Shown here in pieces: positions 1-9,114 of a DNA stretch of 39,984 nt. Within the stretch, counting starts at the first letter, position 1; each line of letters starts with the position of its first letter. The stretch spans positions 1-39,984 of the IMG/VR virus record IMGVR_UViG_3300032318_000609; one strand, 5' to 3'. Both the position numbers and the translations under genes were made by a program. The notes beneath the pieces are model-generated. The model made no database searches. It was not told the origin of the DNA and saw nothing but the letters and a program-made list of their open reading frames with translations. Source of the DNA: a virus. Its lineage: Duplodnaviria > Caudoviricetes.

Positions 1-123
1 AATATGGTTTAGAACCATTGCAGTCTTTGGATTATGATTTGTCAACTGATTTTCATTATCCAACTAAGGATAAATCTGGCTTTGAACAAATCATAGAAGA
101 AATGTATTTAGCACCAAGTCTAA
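1..123. repeat. Terminal direct repeat, left copy (assembly circularisation overlap)
   Basis: Bases 1-123 are identical to 39862-39984; an ORF reads in frame across the junction. Confidence 0.95.
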
Positions 124-170
124 GTAGGGCTGTTAGTTTGTTTCAGGAACTATGCGTTCCCGTTGGATAA
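1..170 (+). CDS. C-terminal part of the sulfotransferase-like protein (continues from 39546 across the junction)
   Basis: Frame 3 reads YGLEPLQSLDY...QELCVPVG to TAA 168-170, in frame with ATG 39546. Confidence 0.8.
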   Translation, partial: YGLEPLQSLDYDLSTDFHYPTKDKSGFEQIIEEMYLAPSLSRAVSLFQELCVPVG

Positions 171-1510
171 TTTTTGCTCCAGTAGCCTTGTTGGCATTGT
201 GGTCTACCGTTGCAAAAGCAGACGGACTTGGAGATTGGACAGCATCTCAGTCTTGTGCCAACTCAGGTTCTGTTGAGGTTGTAGAAAACTCGATTCTTAT
301 TACTGGTCCAAATTATGGTGGTTGTTCTGGTGCAGCGCATTGGACAAAGATTGAAACCACAATCCCAGAAGGGGTTGATACTGTTTCGTTTGATTGGTCT
401 TATTGGACTACTGATGGCTGGGTCTACGACCCGCCACAGTATGGTGTTAACGGTGCGTACACATTGTTGACACGGCAGAACACGGCGTCAGGGTCTTTGA
501 CTGTGCCCGTAGTTGCTGGTGATATATTTACATTTAGGCAATATTCAATTGACACGTGTTGCGGACCGGGTCACTTACAGATAAGTAATCTTTCACTATG
601 GGAATTTACAACAACATCCACGACCCAAACAACGACGATAGTTACTACTATTGCCCCGTCAACGACTGTCCCTGTCACCAGCACGACTACTACGACAGTT
701 CCAGAAACCTCAACATCAAGTACGAGTACAACGACGACCACAACGTCTACTTCAACTACGACAACCACAACGACGGTGCCAAATACGACAACGACGACAA
801 GTACGACGACTACAACATCGTCAACGACGAGTACTACAACAACAAGTTCAACTCTTCCAGCACCCGTTGAAATTTACGTTCCCGAAGAGCCTGAAGAAAC
901 AACGACAAGCACCACAGAGCCAGTAGAAGAGGAACCCATTCCAGAGGAGACGCTTCCAGAAGAAACAACCACGACAGTTGAAGAAGTGACCACAACAACT
1001 GAAGCACCTGAAGAGACTAGCACAATGGTGGAGCCAGATTTAGAGCCAAATTTAGAGCCATTGGCTGAAGAAGAAGTAGAGGCTTTGATTGCTGAAGCCA
1101 CAACTGTAGAAGAACTTCAGGAAGCCCTAGAGGAGTTAACCCCTGAGCAGGTTGAGCAGGTTGTTGACCAGATTCTGGCACAGGAAGAACCACCTACCCC
1201 TGAGCAGGCTGTCGCTTTGGCGACCAGCCCAGAGGTACTCTCAGTTGTCACCCCACAGCAGGCAGTTGAAATCTTTGAGTCTTTGGATGTAGCGGAGATA
1301 AGCGAAGAAGAAAAAGATGCGGTCACAGAGGCTGTACAGTCCGCACCCGTAGAGGTGCGACAGGCATTTGAGGACACCATTGACATTTTCTCTGACGACT
1401 TTGGTGACTACGTGCCTTTAGGCTCTGCTGTGCCAGTAGATACCCGTCGCACCCTGATTGCCGTGGCGGCTGGTGCTACAGCCATTGCTGTGTCTTCACG
1501 CAGACCGTAA
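152..1510 (+). CDS. Secreted/membrane-anchored mucin-like protein (signal peptide, Cys/Trp-rich beta domain, Thr/Ser stalk, acidic region, C-terminal hydrophobic anchor)
   Basis: N-terminal MRSRWIIFAPVALLALWSTVAKA signal; poly-Thr at about 606-850; Glu/Pro-rich region; C-terminal LIAVAAGATAIAVSSRRP. Confidence 0.8.
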   Translation: MRSRWIIFAPVALLALWSTVAKADGLGDWTASQSCANSGSVEVVENSILITGPNYGGCSGAAHWTKIETTIPEGVDTVSFDWSYWTTDGWVYDPPQYGVNGAYTLLTRQNTASGSLTVPVVAGDIFTFRQYSIDTCCGPGHLQISNLSLWEFTTTSTTQTTTIVTTIAPSTTVPVTSTTTTTVPETSTSSTSTTTTTTSTSTTTTTTTVPNTTTTTSTTTTTSSTTSTTTTSSTLPAPVEIYVPEEPEETTTSTTEPVEEEPIPEETLPEETTTTVEEVTTTTEAPEETSTMVEPDLEPNLEPLAEEEVEALIAEATTVEELQEALEELTPEQVEQVVDQILAQEEPPTPEQAVALATSPEVLSVVTPQQAVEIFESLDVAEISEEEKDAVTEAVQSAPVEVRQAFEDTIDIFSDDFGDYVPLGSAVPVDTRRTLIAVAAGATAIAVSSRRP

Positions 1511-1514
1511 CGAA
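1507..1514 (+). promoter_or_regulatory. Putative late promoter motif GTAACGAA
   Basis: 21 nt before GTG 1528; overlaps the TAA stop of the upstream gene; no Shine-Dalgarno. Confidence 0.6.
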
Positions 1515-1527
1515 TTGGGCTATTAGC

Positions 1528-1695
1528 GTGAAGAAACTCTTATCCGAAATCCATGCGCTGACTTGGACACTCGCAGGCACCGGTATGGTGCTTATTACGC
1601 TGTCTGGTCAGACCAAGGTTCTTGGTTGGGGAATCACCGTAATAGCCGTGATAATCCATTTACTCGGCGTAATGTTCAAGGAGAACAATGAATAA
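1528..1695 (+). CDS. Small 2-TM membrane protein, holin-like (55 aa; not in ORF track)
   Basis: GTG start, MKKLLSEIHALTWTLAGTGMVLITLSGQTKVLGWGITVIAVIIHLLGVMFKENNE; overlaps the next gene's start. Confidence 0.7.
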   Translation: MKKLLSEIHALTWTLAGTGMVLITLSGQTKVLGWGITVIAVIIHLLGVMFKENNE

Positions 1696-1957
1696 GGCAA
1701 AAGATATTGCAGGCAGAATTGTTGCACTTTTCCTCACCAACGCCCTCGGCGTGGTGACTGGTGCTGCGGTAATCGCTCCTGACTTGGAAGTATGGAAGTC
1801 GGCTTTGATTGCTGGCGCAGTTTCCATCTTCAAGGTTGCAGAAGGTCTTGCCAAGGCAAGCATTGATGGTGTTCTCACCAAAGATGAAATTGATGCAGCA
1901 TTTGGTGCAAGCCCTAAAAAGATTGCAGCAAAGAAGGCAGCCGCTAAGAAGGCATAA
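1688..1957 (+). CDS. Holin-like membrane protein
   Basis: Two hydrophobic segments, Lys-rich C-terminal tail, AAGGAG SD, TAATG coupling to TerL. Confidence 0.6.
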   Translation: MNKAKDIAGRIVALFLTNALGVVTGAAVIAPDLEVWKSALIAGAVSIFKVAEGLAKASIDGVLTKDEIDAAFGASPKKIAAKKAAAKKA

Positions 1958-3543
1958 TGGAACTCACTGACCTTCTCAATGAGAAGGAGTGGAGAAAATG
2001 CAAAGGTAGTGAGGGTGCAACCACCGAAGAATTGGTGGCTGCATTTTCACACTTTTGTGCTACCCATTGGATGATTAGACACCCTGAGCGGGGTCGTATC
2101 AAGTTTGTGTTGCGTGAAGCGCAAGAAGAAACTGTAAGAGTCTGGATTGACTCTCGCTACAGTATTGTTCTGAAGGCACGACAGATTGGGTTCTCTACTC
2201 TGGCTGCTGCATTTACATTCTGGGAAACATTCTTTTGGGCTGACCGCTTTACGGTCATGCTTTCACGTACCGAGCGTGAAGCATCAAAGTTGTTGCAGAA
2301 GACCAAGTATGGATACAAAATGCTTCCTGCGTGGATGCGTGTGCGTGGACCAGACCTACTTTCAGACAACCAGTTGAAGATGGTATTTGCCAATGACTCA
2401 TCCATTGAGTCTTTGCCATCCGGTAATGACCCTGCTCGTGGTGAGTCTGTGTATCGAGTAATCATTGACGAAATGGCGTTCTTGCCCAACGCTGAAGAAG
2501 CGTGGGCATCTATTGAACCTATTGCAGACGTTGGTGGTCGTGTTATCTGTTTGAGCACAGCCAACGGTGAAGGCAACATCTTCCACCAACTATGGGTTGG
2601 TTCGCAAACTGGCAACAACCGATTTACTGGGGTGTTCTTTCCTTGGTCTGCTGGAGACCGTGATGAAAACTGGTACGAAGCAAAGAAGCGTGACCTTCCA
2701 GACTGGCAGTTGGCTCAGGAATACCCGGATAACGCTGAAGAAGCATTTATCCGTTCTGGTCGTCCCGTGTTTGACCTTGATGCTCTTAGGGCAATCCAGT
2801 TAGTTGAACCTAAGCGTGGATATCTAAAAAATGAAATGGGTAAGAACTACTACACATTTATTGAAGATGGTGGTGAACTTTCTATTTGGGAGTTCCCAGA
2901 CAGGCAAGAAGTTTATGTAATTGGTGCTGACGTTGCAGAAGGTCTTGGACACGGAGACTACAGTTCTGCTCATGTAATTTCTGCTACCACTGGTCTGTTA
3001 GTTGCTCATTGGCATGGACATGTTGACCCAGACGTTTTTGGAGAAGAGGTACTAAGGGCTTTGGGTCATTACTACAACTACTCTCTTATTGGTGTTGAAT
3101 CCAACAACCACGGTCTTACAACGATTAAGGGTTTACAGCGAGTTGGATACAAGAACTTGTACCGACAGCGCAAGATGAACAGTAGGAATCCACAGATTAG
3201 CGACACTATGGGGTGGAGAACTACTTCGGTTTCTAAGCCTTTGGCTATTGACGAACTGAACGCTGCAATCCGTGATGCAAGCGTTCATGTTTATGACAAG
3301 AACTCAATTGCTGAACTAAGAACTTTTATTCGTGAAGCCAATGGAAAGATGCATGGTTCACCCCATGACGACCGTGTTATGTCACTGGCGATAACTAACC
3401 AGATGCTCAAATATGTCTGGTTGCCAGAATATAGGGTTGACGCAGAACCAATTCGGAATACTCTGGGTTGGTGGGAAAAGTTCCTTATCCGTGAAAAACA
3501 GGAAGTTCGCACTCCGATTGGCGCATTCAATGTACGGGAGTAA
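1957..3543 (+). CDS. terL: Terminase large subunit
   Basis: Walker A LKARQIGFST, Walker B VIIDEMAF, motif III LSTANG, RNase H-like IGADVAEG, GVESNNHG, HDDRVMS. Confidence 0.95.
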   Translation: MELTDLLNEKEWRKCKGSEGATTEELVAAFSHFCATHWMIRHPERGRIKFVLREAQEETVRVWIDSRYSIVLKARQIGFSTLAAAFTFWETFFWADRFTVMLSRTEREASKLLQKTKYGYKMLPAWMRVRGPDLLSDNQLKMVFANDSSIESLPSGNDPARGESVYRVIIDEMAFLPNAEEAWASIEPIADVGGRVICLSTANGEGNIFHQLWVGSQTGNNRFTGVFFPWSAGDRDENWYEAKKRDLPDWQLAQEYPDNAEEAFIRSGRPVFDLDALRAIQLVEPKRGYLKNEMGKNYYTFIEDGGELSIWEFPDRQEVYVIGADVAEGLGHGDYSSAHVISATTGLLVAHWHGHVDPDVFGEEVLRALGHYYNYSLIGVESNNHGLTTIKGLQRVGYKNLYRQRKMNSRNPQISDTMGWRTTSVSKPLAIDELNAAIRDASVHVYDKNSIAELRTFIREANGKMHGSPHDDRVMSLAITNQMLKYVWLPEYRVDAEPIRNTLGWWEKFLIREKQEVRTPIGAFNVRE

Positions 3544-3547
3544 CGAA
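3540..3547 (+). promoter_or_regulatory. Putative late promoter motif GTAACGAA
   Basis: 22 nt before ATG 3562; overlaps the TerL stop; no SD. Confidence 0.6.
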
Positions 3548-3561
3548 CTGGGCGTATAGTT

Positions 3562-3789
3562 ATGAAAGAATTACGCTGTTTAGAGTGTTTGACGACGTTT
3601 GAGGTAGATGAATTACCCCGTCGTGGCTCAATTTGTTTCAAATGCCATATTAAGACCATTCGCCTAGGGTTTACCTACGGTCAAGAAGACTTTCACGGCC
3701 CAACTGTTAAAGAGCGTGCAGATGAACAAGTTCGTGTAGCCAAAGAGGCTGGCATTAATGCCGAGCCAGTAGGCAGTCGTTGGGTTTGA
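3562..3789 (+). CDS. Small Zn-ribbon protein
   Basis: CLEC...CFKC; lies between TerL and portal. Confidence 0.7.
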   Translation: MKELRCLECLTTFEVDELPRRGSICFKCHIKTIRLGFTYGQEDFHGPTVKERADEQVRVAKEAGINAEPVGSRWV

Positions 3790-3790
3790 G

Positions 3791-3991
3791 ATGGAGATGG
3801 TCTGGGTCCCGATTGTTGTCGCAATCATCTCAGGACCGCTCGTTGTTGTACTACAAAAACTTAGGAAAGAAAATACTTCCCAACACGCAGAAGGACAAAT
3901 CCTTCTTCGAATGGTTGGGACAAAAGTTGACAAAATTTCTAGCAAACTTGATAACCATATTGGTTGGCACGAAGGACAAAAGGACAAGTAA
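3791..3991 (+). CDS. Small single-TM membrane protein
   Basis: N-terminal WVPIVVAIISGPLVVVL followed by a coiled segment; TAATG coupling to portal. Confidence 0.65.
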   Translation: MEMVWVPIVVAIISGPLVVVLQKLRKENTSQHAEGQILLRMVGTKVDKISSKLDNHIGWHEGQKDK

Positions 3992-5838
3992 TGGCACGCA
4001 CAGCAAATAGTGAAATACTCAAGCAGTATCGTGACAAGTTGGAACAGTCACGTCGTTGGCGCCATGAGGAAGCCTATGACGAGATTTGGCGACGCATGAT
4101 TGACATGTATCGTGGTAAGCAATACAAGGGTGTTTCGGAAGAAGACCGACTGTTGGTGAACATTGCTTTTGCCACAATCAACGTTGTTGCACCATCTGTT
4201 TCTATTAACTATCCAAAGATTTCAGTTAATGCTCGTCGTTATGAAGATAGCGACAAGGCTGTTGTTACAGAAGCAATCATCAACTATTGGTGGAAACATT
4301 TTGACTGTCAGAAAGAACTGCGTCGTGCAGTAAAAGACATGCTGATTTGTGGTCATGGTTGGATTAAGACTGGCTACCGTTTCATTGAAGAAGAAATGGT
4401 TGCAGATGAGGCAATTCCAAACTTTGACAACTTTGATGAACTAGCCGAAGACCGTGTTGAATCAGCAGTTGAGTCAAACATGATTATCAAGGAAGACCGC
4501 CCATTTGTTGAGCGTGTTTCAATGTTTGATATTTTTGTTGACCCGGATGCCACAAACATGCATGACATTAAATGGATTGCACAACGCATCCGTCGCCCTT
4601 TGCCAGAGATTAAAAAAGACAAGCGATACAACTCCACAGCCCGCAAAGAGGCTTCACCTTCGCATTACTCAAAGTATGGTCAAGATGGTTATTCACCTCG
4701 CCGTTCAAGCGACCCAAGTGATTCGTATGTAGAAATTTGGGAATGGTACGACATTGACAGAAATACCATGTCGGTATTCTGTGAAGGCACAGACAAATTT
4801 TTGATTGCTCCAACAAAGATTCCATTTGCTTACGGTCATCCGTTTGTGATGATTCGCAACTATGACGTTCCTGAGCATTTTTACCCAATGGGTGAGTTGG
4901 AGGCAATTGAGCCTTTGCAACAGGAATTGAATCAGACTCGTACCCAGATGATGAATCATCGCAAGCGATTCTCACGCAAGTGGTTGTACAAGGAATCAGC
5001 ATTTGATGCCGATGGCCGTTCGGCACTTGAGTCAGATGAAGACAACGTGATGGTTCCTGTGATTTCAGATGAAAACATTGCAAACGTTGTTGGACCAATG
5101 CCAGCAGTAATTAGTCCACCAGAGTTCTATAACCAGTCAAGCCTCATCTCTGGGGACATTGACCGTGTATCTGGTGTGTCTGAGTACATGCGTGGTGGTT
5201 TGCCAGAAATCAGGCGCACAGCGACTGAGGCTGGCATCATTCAGGACAACGCTAATGCCCGTTCGTCTGAGAAGTTGGCAATCATTGAACTGAGTATTGC
5301 CGAGATTGCCAAGCGACTTATTATGCTTGCCCAGCAGTACCTCACGGGTGAGCAGGCTGTTCGTATTCAGGGTTCAGAGGCTGAGCCACTTTGGCTGGAG
5401 TTTGACAAGGATTACATCAAGGGCGAGTTTGACTTTGAGGTAGAAGGTGGGTCAACCCAGCCGGTCAACGAGTCATTCCGTCGCCAGATGGCAATGCAGG
5501 TTGTTGACGCAATGGCACCGTTTGCTTCTGCAGGGATTATCGATATGCCTAAGTTGGCTAACTATGTACTGCAGTACGGTTTTGGTATTCGTTCTGCTGC
5601 TTCGTTTATCGTGCAGCCACAAATGCCTGCACAACCTGTGACACCACAGGGTGCTTTACCACCAGAGGCAATGATGCCACCAGAAGGTGGAATGCCACCA
5701 GAGGGCATGATGCCACAAGGCATGGAACCACAGGGAATGCCTTCTGAGGCTGGAGTTGAACAAATGGGTGGCGGTCAGTTGCCACCAGAAATCTTGGCGT
5801 TGTTAGCACAGCAAGGTGGAATGCCGCCGGGAATGTAA
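3991..5838 (+). CDS. Portal protein (P22-like podovirus type); likely start ATG 3991
   Basis: Position after TerL, about 615 aa, GHGWIKTGY, DIFVDPDA, RTATEA motifs, Pro/Met/Gln-rich tail. Confidence 0.9.
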   Translation: MARTANSEILKQYRDKLEQSRRWRHEEAYDEIWRRMIDMYRGKQYKGVSEEDRLLVNIAFATINVVAPSVSINYPKISVNARRYEDSDKAVVTEAIINYWWKHFDCQKELRRAVKDMLICGHGWIKTGYRFIEEEMVADEAIPNFDNFDELAEDRVESAVESNMIIKEDRPFVERVSMFDIFVDPDATNMHDIKWIAQRIRRPLPEIKKDKRYNSTARKEASPSHYSKYGQDGYSPRRSSDPSDSYVEIWEWYDIDRNTMSVFCEGTDKFLIAPTKIPFAYGHPFVMIRNYDVPEHFYPMGELEAIEPLQQELNQTRTQMMNHRKRFSRKWLYKESAFDADGRSALESDEDNVMVPVISDENIANVVGPMPAVISPPEFYNQSSLISGDIDRVSGVSEYMRGGLPEIRRTATEAGIIQDNANARSSEKLAIIELSIAEIAKRLIMLAQQYLTGEQAVRIQGSEAEPLWLEFDKDYIKGEFDFEVEGGSTQPVNESFRRQMAMQVVDAMAPFASAGIIDMPKLANYVLQYGFGIRSAASFIVQPQMPAQPVTPQGALPPEAMMPPEGGMPPEGMMPQGMEPQGMPSEAGVEQMGGGQLPPEILALLAQQGGMPPGM

Positions 5839-5842
5839 CGAA
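5835..5842 (+). promoter_or_regulatory. Putative late promoter motif GTAACGAA (leadered transcript for scaffold/capsid)
   Basis: Overlaps the portal stop; followed by GGAGG SD and ATG 5882. Confidence 0.55.
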
Positions 5843-5881
5843 TAAACCCTATCAATAGAGCAACCCACGGAGGACTCTTAA

Positions 5882-6667
5882 ATGAGCGATATAAATAGCA
5901 ATGAAGTCACAGCAGATGAGACCCTAGAAGACCTAGGACAATCTCAAGAAGTTGCGGATGTAGTTGATGCCTTAACTGAGGAGCAAATTGAATTGCTTCC
6001 TGTTGATGAGTTCGGAGACAAGTATGTTTCTGTTCAAGTTGATGGTGAAGAAATCAGTGTGTCACTCAAAGAGGCGCTTTCTGGATACCAGCGTCAAGCG
6101 GATTACACTCGTAAGACACAGGAACTCAGTGAGCAAAGGAGACAGGTACAGTTTGGGACCGCTTTGCAGGAAGCCTTGCAAAACGACCCTCAAGGTACTT
6201 TAAGCCTGCTGTCACAACATTACGGTGTAGCACAGACACCTTCTGAAGAAGAAGACCTGTTTATAGACCCTGTTGAGAAGCAGTACCGACAACTGGAACA
6301 ACGCATTCAGGCTTTTGAACAAGATAAAGCAATGAATGAGTTGGAACGGAAGGTGCAGTCTCTTCAAAATCGATACGGAGAAGATTTTGATGCCAACGAA
6401 GTTGTAGCCAAGGCGTTAGCCGTTGGTTCAACCGATTTGGAAGCAGTCTACAAACAGATTGCGTTTGACCGTCTTTATGACCAATCACTTTCTGCTCGCA
6501 AGCAAATTGCCAAGCGAGACGAAGAGAAAGTAAGAGTCACAGAGGCTAAGCGTCAGGCCGCTGTCGTTTCTAGTGGTGCAACATCAAAGACTGCAGATGT
6601 ATCAGCAAAACCAATCACATCATTGCGAGACGCATTTGAAGCCGCCAAACGGCAACTAAGCGTTTAG
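5882..6667 (+). CDS. Capsid scaffolding protein
   Basis: Acidic N-terminus, VQVDGEE...GYQRQADYTRKTQELSEQR motif typical of phage scaffolds; directly upstream of the MCP. Confidence 0.85.
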   Translation: MSDINSNEVTADETLEDLGQSQEVADVVDALTEEQIELLPVDEFGDKYVSVQVDGEEISVSLKEALSGYQRQADYTRKTQELSEQRRQVQFGTALQEALQNDPQGTLSLLSQHYGVAQTPSEEEDLFIDPVEKQYRQLEQRIQAFEQDKAMNELERKVQSLQNRYGEDFDANEVVAKALAVGSTDLEAVYKQIAFDRLYDQSLSARKQIAKRDEEKVRVTEAKRQAAVVSSGATSKTADVSAKPITSLRDAFEAAKRQLSV

Positions 6668-6691
6668 CGTTCTATTTAAGGAGAAATCATT

Positions 6692-7636
6692 ATGGCATCA
6701 GCCAATAGCAACTTTGACCAGTTGCTCTCAACCACCCTTGCGAACTACCGTTCGCAACTAACCGACAACGTGTTCACCGCACGCCCATTGACCTACAAGT
6801 TGATGGAAGGTGGACGTATTCGTATGCTTAACGGCGGTACGAAGATTGTTGAACCACTCATCTACGGCAAGAACTCAACTGTGGCTTCATACAGCGGATA
6901 CGATTCGCTGTCATTGACACCACAAGAGGGAATCTCGGCTGCTGAGTACGAATGGAAGCAGTACGCTGCATCCATCGCAATCAGCGGTATTGAAGAAGCC
7001 AAGAACAATGGTGAACAAGAAATCATCAACTTGCTCGAAGCCAAAATTATGCAGGCAGAAGAGTCAATGCGTGAATCGTTCAACCAGATGTTCTTCTCTG
7101 ACGGAACTGGCAACAGTTCAAAGGACTGGAACGGTCTTGGTAACTTGGTTGAATCCGGCAACACTGTTGGTGGAATCAACTCGGCAACTTCAGGCAACGA
7201 GTTCTGGCGTTCATATGAAGAGAACACCGCAACTGCGTTGACTCTTGCACAAATGAGCACCGCTTACAACAGCGTTTCGGTTGGTAATGACCACCCAGAC
7301 ACCTTGTTGACAACTCAGACTTTGTTTGAGAAGTACGAAGCATTGCTTCAACCACAACTCCGTTACACGGACACCAAGACTGCAGATGCTGGATTCCAGA
7401 ACCTGTTGTTCAAGGCTGCTCCTGTAATGTACGACGTGCATTGCACCGCTGGCGTGTTCTACTTCCTCAACACGAAGTACCTCACCTTGGTTGGTCACAG
7501 CAACAAGTGGTTCGCTCAGACGGACTTCATCAAGCCAGAAGACACAGATGCTCGCTATGCGCTCATCATGTGCTACGGCAACCTCACCTGTCGCAACCGT
7601 GCGAAGCAGGGCAAACTCACGGCAAAGACCGCCTAA
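6692..7636 (+). CDS. Major capsid protein
   Basis: 314 aa after the scaffold, strong AAGGAG SD, strongly biased codon use, FSDGTG...WNGL motif typical of HK97-fold MCPs. Confidence 0.9.
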   Translation: MASANSNFDQLLSTTLANYRSQLTDNVFTARPLTYKLMEGGRIRMLNGGTKIVEPLIYGKNSTVASYSGYDSLSLTPQEGISAAEYEWKQYAASIAISGIEEAKNNGEQEIINLLEAKIMQAEESMRESFNQMFFSDGTGNSSKDWNGLGNLVESGNTVGGINSATSGNEFWRSYEENTATALTLAQMSTAYNSVSVGNDHPDTLLTTQTLFEKYEALLQPQLRYTDTKTADAGFQNLLFKAAPVMYDVHCTAGVFYFLNTKYLTLVGHSNKWFAQTDFIKPEDTDARYALIMCYGNLTCRNRAKQGKLTAKTA

Positions 7637-7664
7637 GACCACTAACTAACAAGGAGAAAATGAA

Positions 7665-8078
7665 ATGCCACTATTAGCAACTGACACAGCGGGTGCGGTA
7701 ACACGCAAGCGTCTTGAAGCATGGGTAGCAAAAGAGGAAAAGGTAACAGTAGTTGCCGCAACCGACGCTGCTACAACTCAATCAGCAGCAACTCTTGCTG
7801 GTGCACGTCGTGTAGTTTACACGATGACACCAACAACAGGTCGTGCCTTGACCACACCAACTGGTGCGGAACTTGGTGCAGCATTCACCGACGAAGCAGT
7901 AGGGTCCTCATTTGAGGTCACTATTGTTAACCTCGCCAGTGCAACGCATGCAATTACATTCACCGCCGGTGCATCCGGTGTAACAATTGTTGGAGTAGCC
8001 ACTGTCGCAGCAGCATCTTCCGCAACATTTGTTGGTGTATTCACTGCAGCAGACACGGTATCTTTTTACCGAGAGTAA
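7665..8078 (+). CDS. Putative capsid decoration/cement protein
   Basis: Ala/Thr/Val-rich beta protein directly after the MCP, strong SD, followed by a terminator. Confidence 0.6.
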   Translation: MPLLATDTAGAVTRKRLEAWVAKEEKVTVVAATDAATTQSAATLAGARRVVYTMTPTTGRALTTPTGAELGAAFTDEAVGSSFEVTIVNLASATHAITFTAGASGVTIVGVATVAAASSATFVGVFTAADTVSFYRE

Positions 8079-8090
8079 GTAATTGAATCT

Positions 8091-8126
8091 GGGGGGTGGG
8101 CAGAAACCCACTCCCCTATTTCATTT
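8091..8126 (+). terminator. Intrinsic terminator-like hairpin
   Basis: GGGGGGTGGG-CAGAAA-CCCACTCCCC followed by TATTTCATTT. Confidence 0.7.
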
Positions 8127-8137
8127 AGGAGAATTTC

Positions 8138-8476
8138 ATGGCAAGCAAAAAAAAGTCACCAGCAAAAAAGACTGTCAGCAAGAAGCCACGACGTGATAGT
8201 GAAGGTAATGCTGAAACGGTGAAGGAAGTCTACAAAGACGCAAACTCAAGAGGCAGAGCATTTCAGAGTAGAAGTTCCATCTTTTATCCACCCTTGAATG
8301 CAATTACCTCAAAAGTAAGTCCAGAAAATGTTGCAATAGCAACGTATCGTGGAATGAAGGATGCAAAATCAGCACCGGGTCGTCAATCACCACCTCGTAC
8401 TGGTCCAGTTGCTGGTGGTCAAAGCGCATTGTACGCTCGCCTTACAGGTGGCGGATTAACGAACAGGGGTAAATAA
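8138..8476 (+). CDS. Basic (Lys/Arg-rich) hypothetical protein
   Basis: AGGAG SD; MASKKKSPAKK N-terminus. Confidence 0.7.
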   Translation: MASKKKSPAKKTVSKKPRRDSEGNAETVKEVYKDANSRGRAFQSRSSIFYPPLNAITSKVSPENVAIATYRGMKDAKSAPGRQSPPRTGPVAGGQSALYARLTGGGLTNRGK

Positions 8477-8616
8477 TGCCTTATAAGTATTCAATTCTTT
8501 CTAGCCATGCGGATGCAACTCCTAAGGCTGGCACAAAGACTTCTACCTACCCGCCAACTAAGGGTGGCAAGAAGAGTACCAAATCAAAATCATCTAATAA
8601 AAAAGGAATGTACTAA
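8476..8616 (+). CDS. Small Lys-rich protein (46 aa; not in ORF track)
   Basis: MPYKYSILSSHADATPKAGTKTSTYPPTKGGKKSTKSKSSNKKGMY; TAATG coupling at both ends. Confidence 0.7.
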   Translation: MPYKYSILSSHADATPKAGTKTSTYPPTKGGKKSTKSKSSNKKGMY

Positions 8617-8843
8617 TGCCAATGTACCGTGAAGGTGAATACGCAGCCGGAGCAACAACCCGTAAGGGAAATGTGAAGAAGGCTGGAAAAACAGTTACAC
8701 AAGCAATGAAAAAAGCAAATGCAAAGAAGAAGAAGAAGGCAGTTGCTCCACAGAATCGTCGTCAGGAAGACATGGGTGTTCCATCACGTGGAACTAAGTC
8801 AACACGTCCTGAAGACATGGGTCGTCGTCGCTACGCCAAATAG
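8616..8843 (+). CDS. Small Lys/Arg-rich protein
   Basis: KKANAKKKKK; duplicated EDMG motif; translationally coupled. Confidence 0.7.
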   Translation: MPMYREGEYAAGATTRKGNVKKAGKTVTQAMKKANAKKKKKAVAPQNRRQEDMGVPSRGTKSTRPEDMGRRRYAK

Positions 8844-8854
8844 TTAGTCACATA

Positions 8855-8874
8855 CCCCCACCGAAAGGTGGGGG
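8855..8874 (+). terminator. GC-rich hairpin with GAAA tetraloop (terminator-like)
   Basis: CCCCCACC-GAAA-GGTGGGGG perfect stem in the intergenic gap. Confidence 0.7.
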
Positions 8875-8878
8875 ATAT

Positions 8879-8886
8879 GTAACAAA
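8879..8886 (+). promoter_or_regulatory. Variant late promoter motif GTAACAAA
   Basis: 23 nt before ATG 8902, immediately after the terminator, no SD. Confidence 0.5.
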
Positions 8887-8901
8887 TTGGGTTAGTTGTA
8901 T

Positions 8902-9114
8902 ATGAAAAATGCCGTACCTGCCCATTCTTACTACGGACAGCCAGTATCTGGCATCCGCCTAGCCCCAACAGCGGGAGCAAAGATTGCTGCTCCATCTGCG
9001 CCATACGTTGGTCGCAACCGTTGTATAGCCAATGAGGACACCTGTGAGGGTCCAAAGGCTAGGGGTACGGATTATTGCATTGGTCATCTGAGGTCACAAG
9101 GGCAGGCTAAATGA
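8902..9114 (+). CDS. Small CCCH Zn-binding protein; likely start ATG 8902
   Basis: C-x6-C-x9-C-x2-H; ATGA-type overlap with the next gene. Confidence 0.65.
   Translation: MKNAVPAHSYYGQPVSGIRLAPTAGAKIAAPSAPYVGRNRCIANEDTCEGPKARGTDYCIGHLRSQGQAK

Noticed and set aside
1-123. 123-bp terminal repeat as the biological DTR
   Set aside because: It falls inside a coding sequence and has the size of an assembler overlap; it shows circularity, not the physical ends.
571-1386. Alternative-frame and antisense ORFs over the Thr-rich gene and over other long genes such as 14686-22658
   Set aside because: These are shadow ORFs from low complexity or codon bias, with no SD or motifs, and they lie fully inside well-supported genes.
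5620-5835. MPPEG repeats at the portal C-terminus
   Set aside because: Low-complexity Pro/Met/Gln tails are common on P22-like portals.
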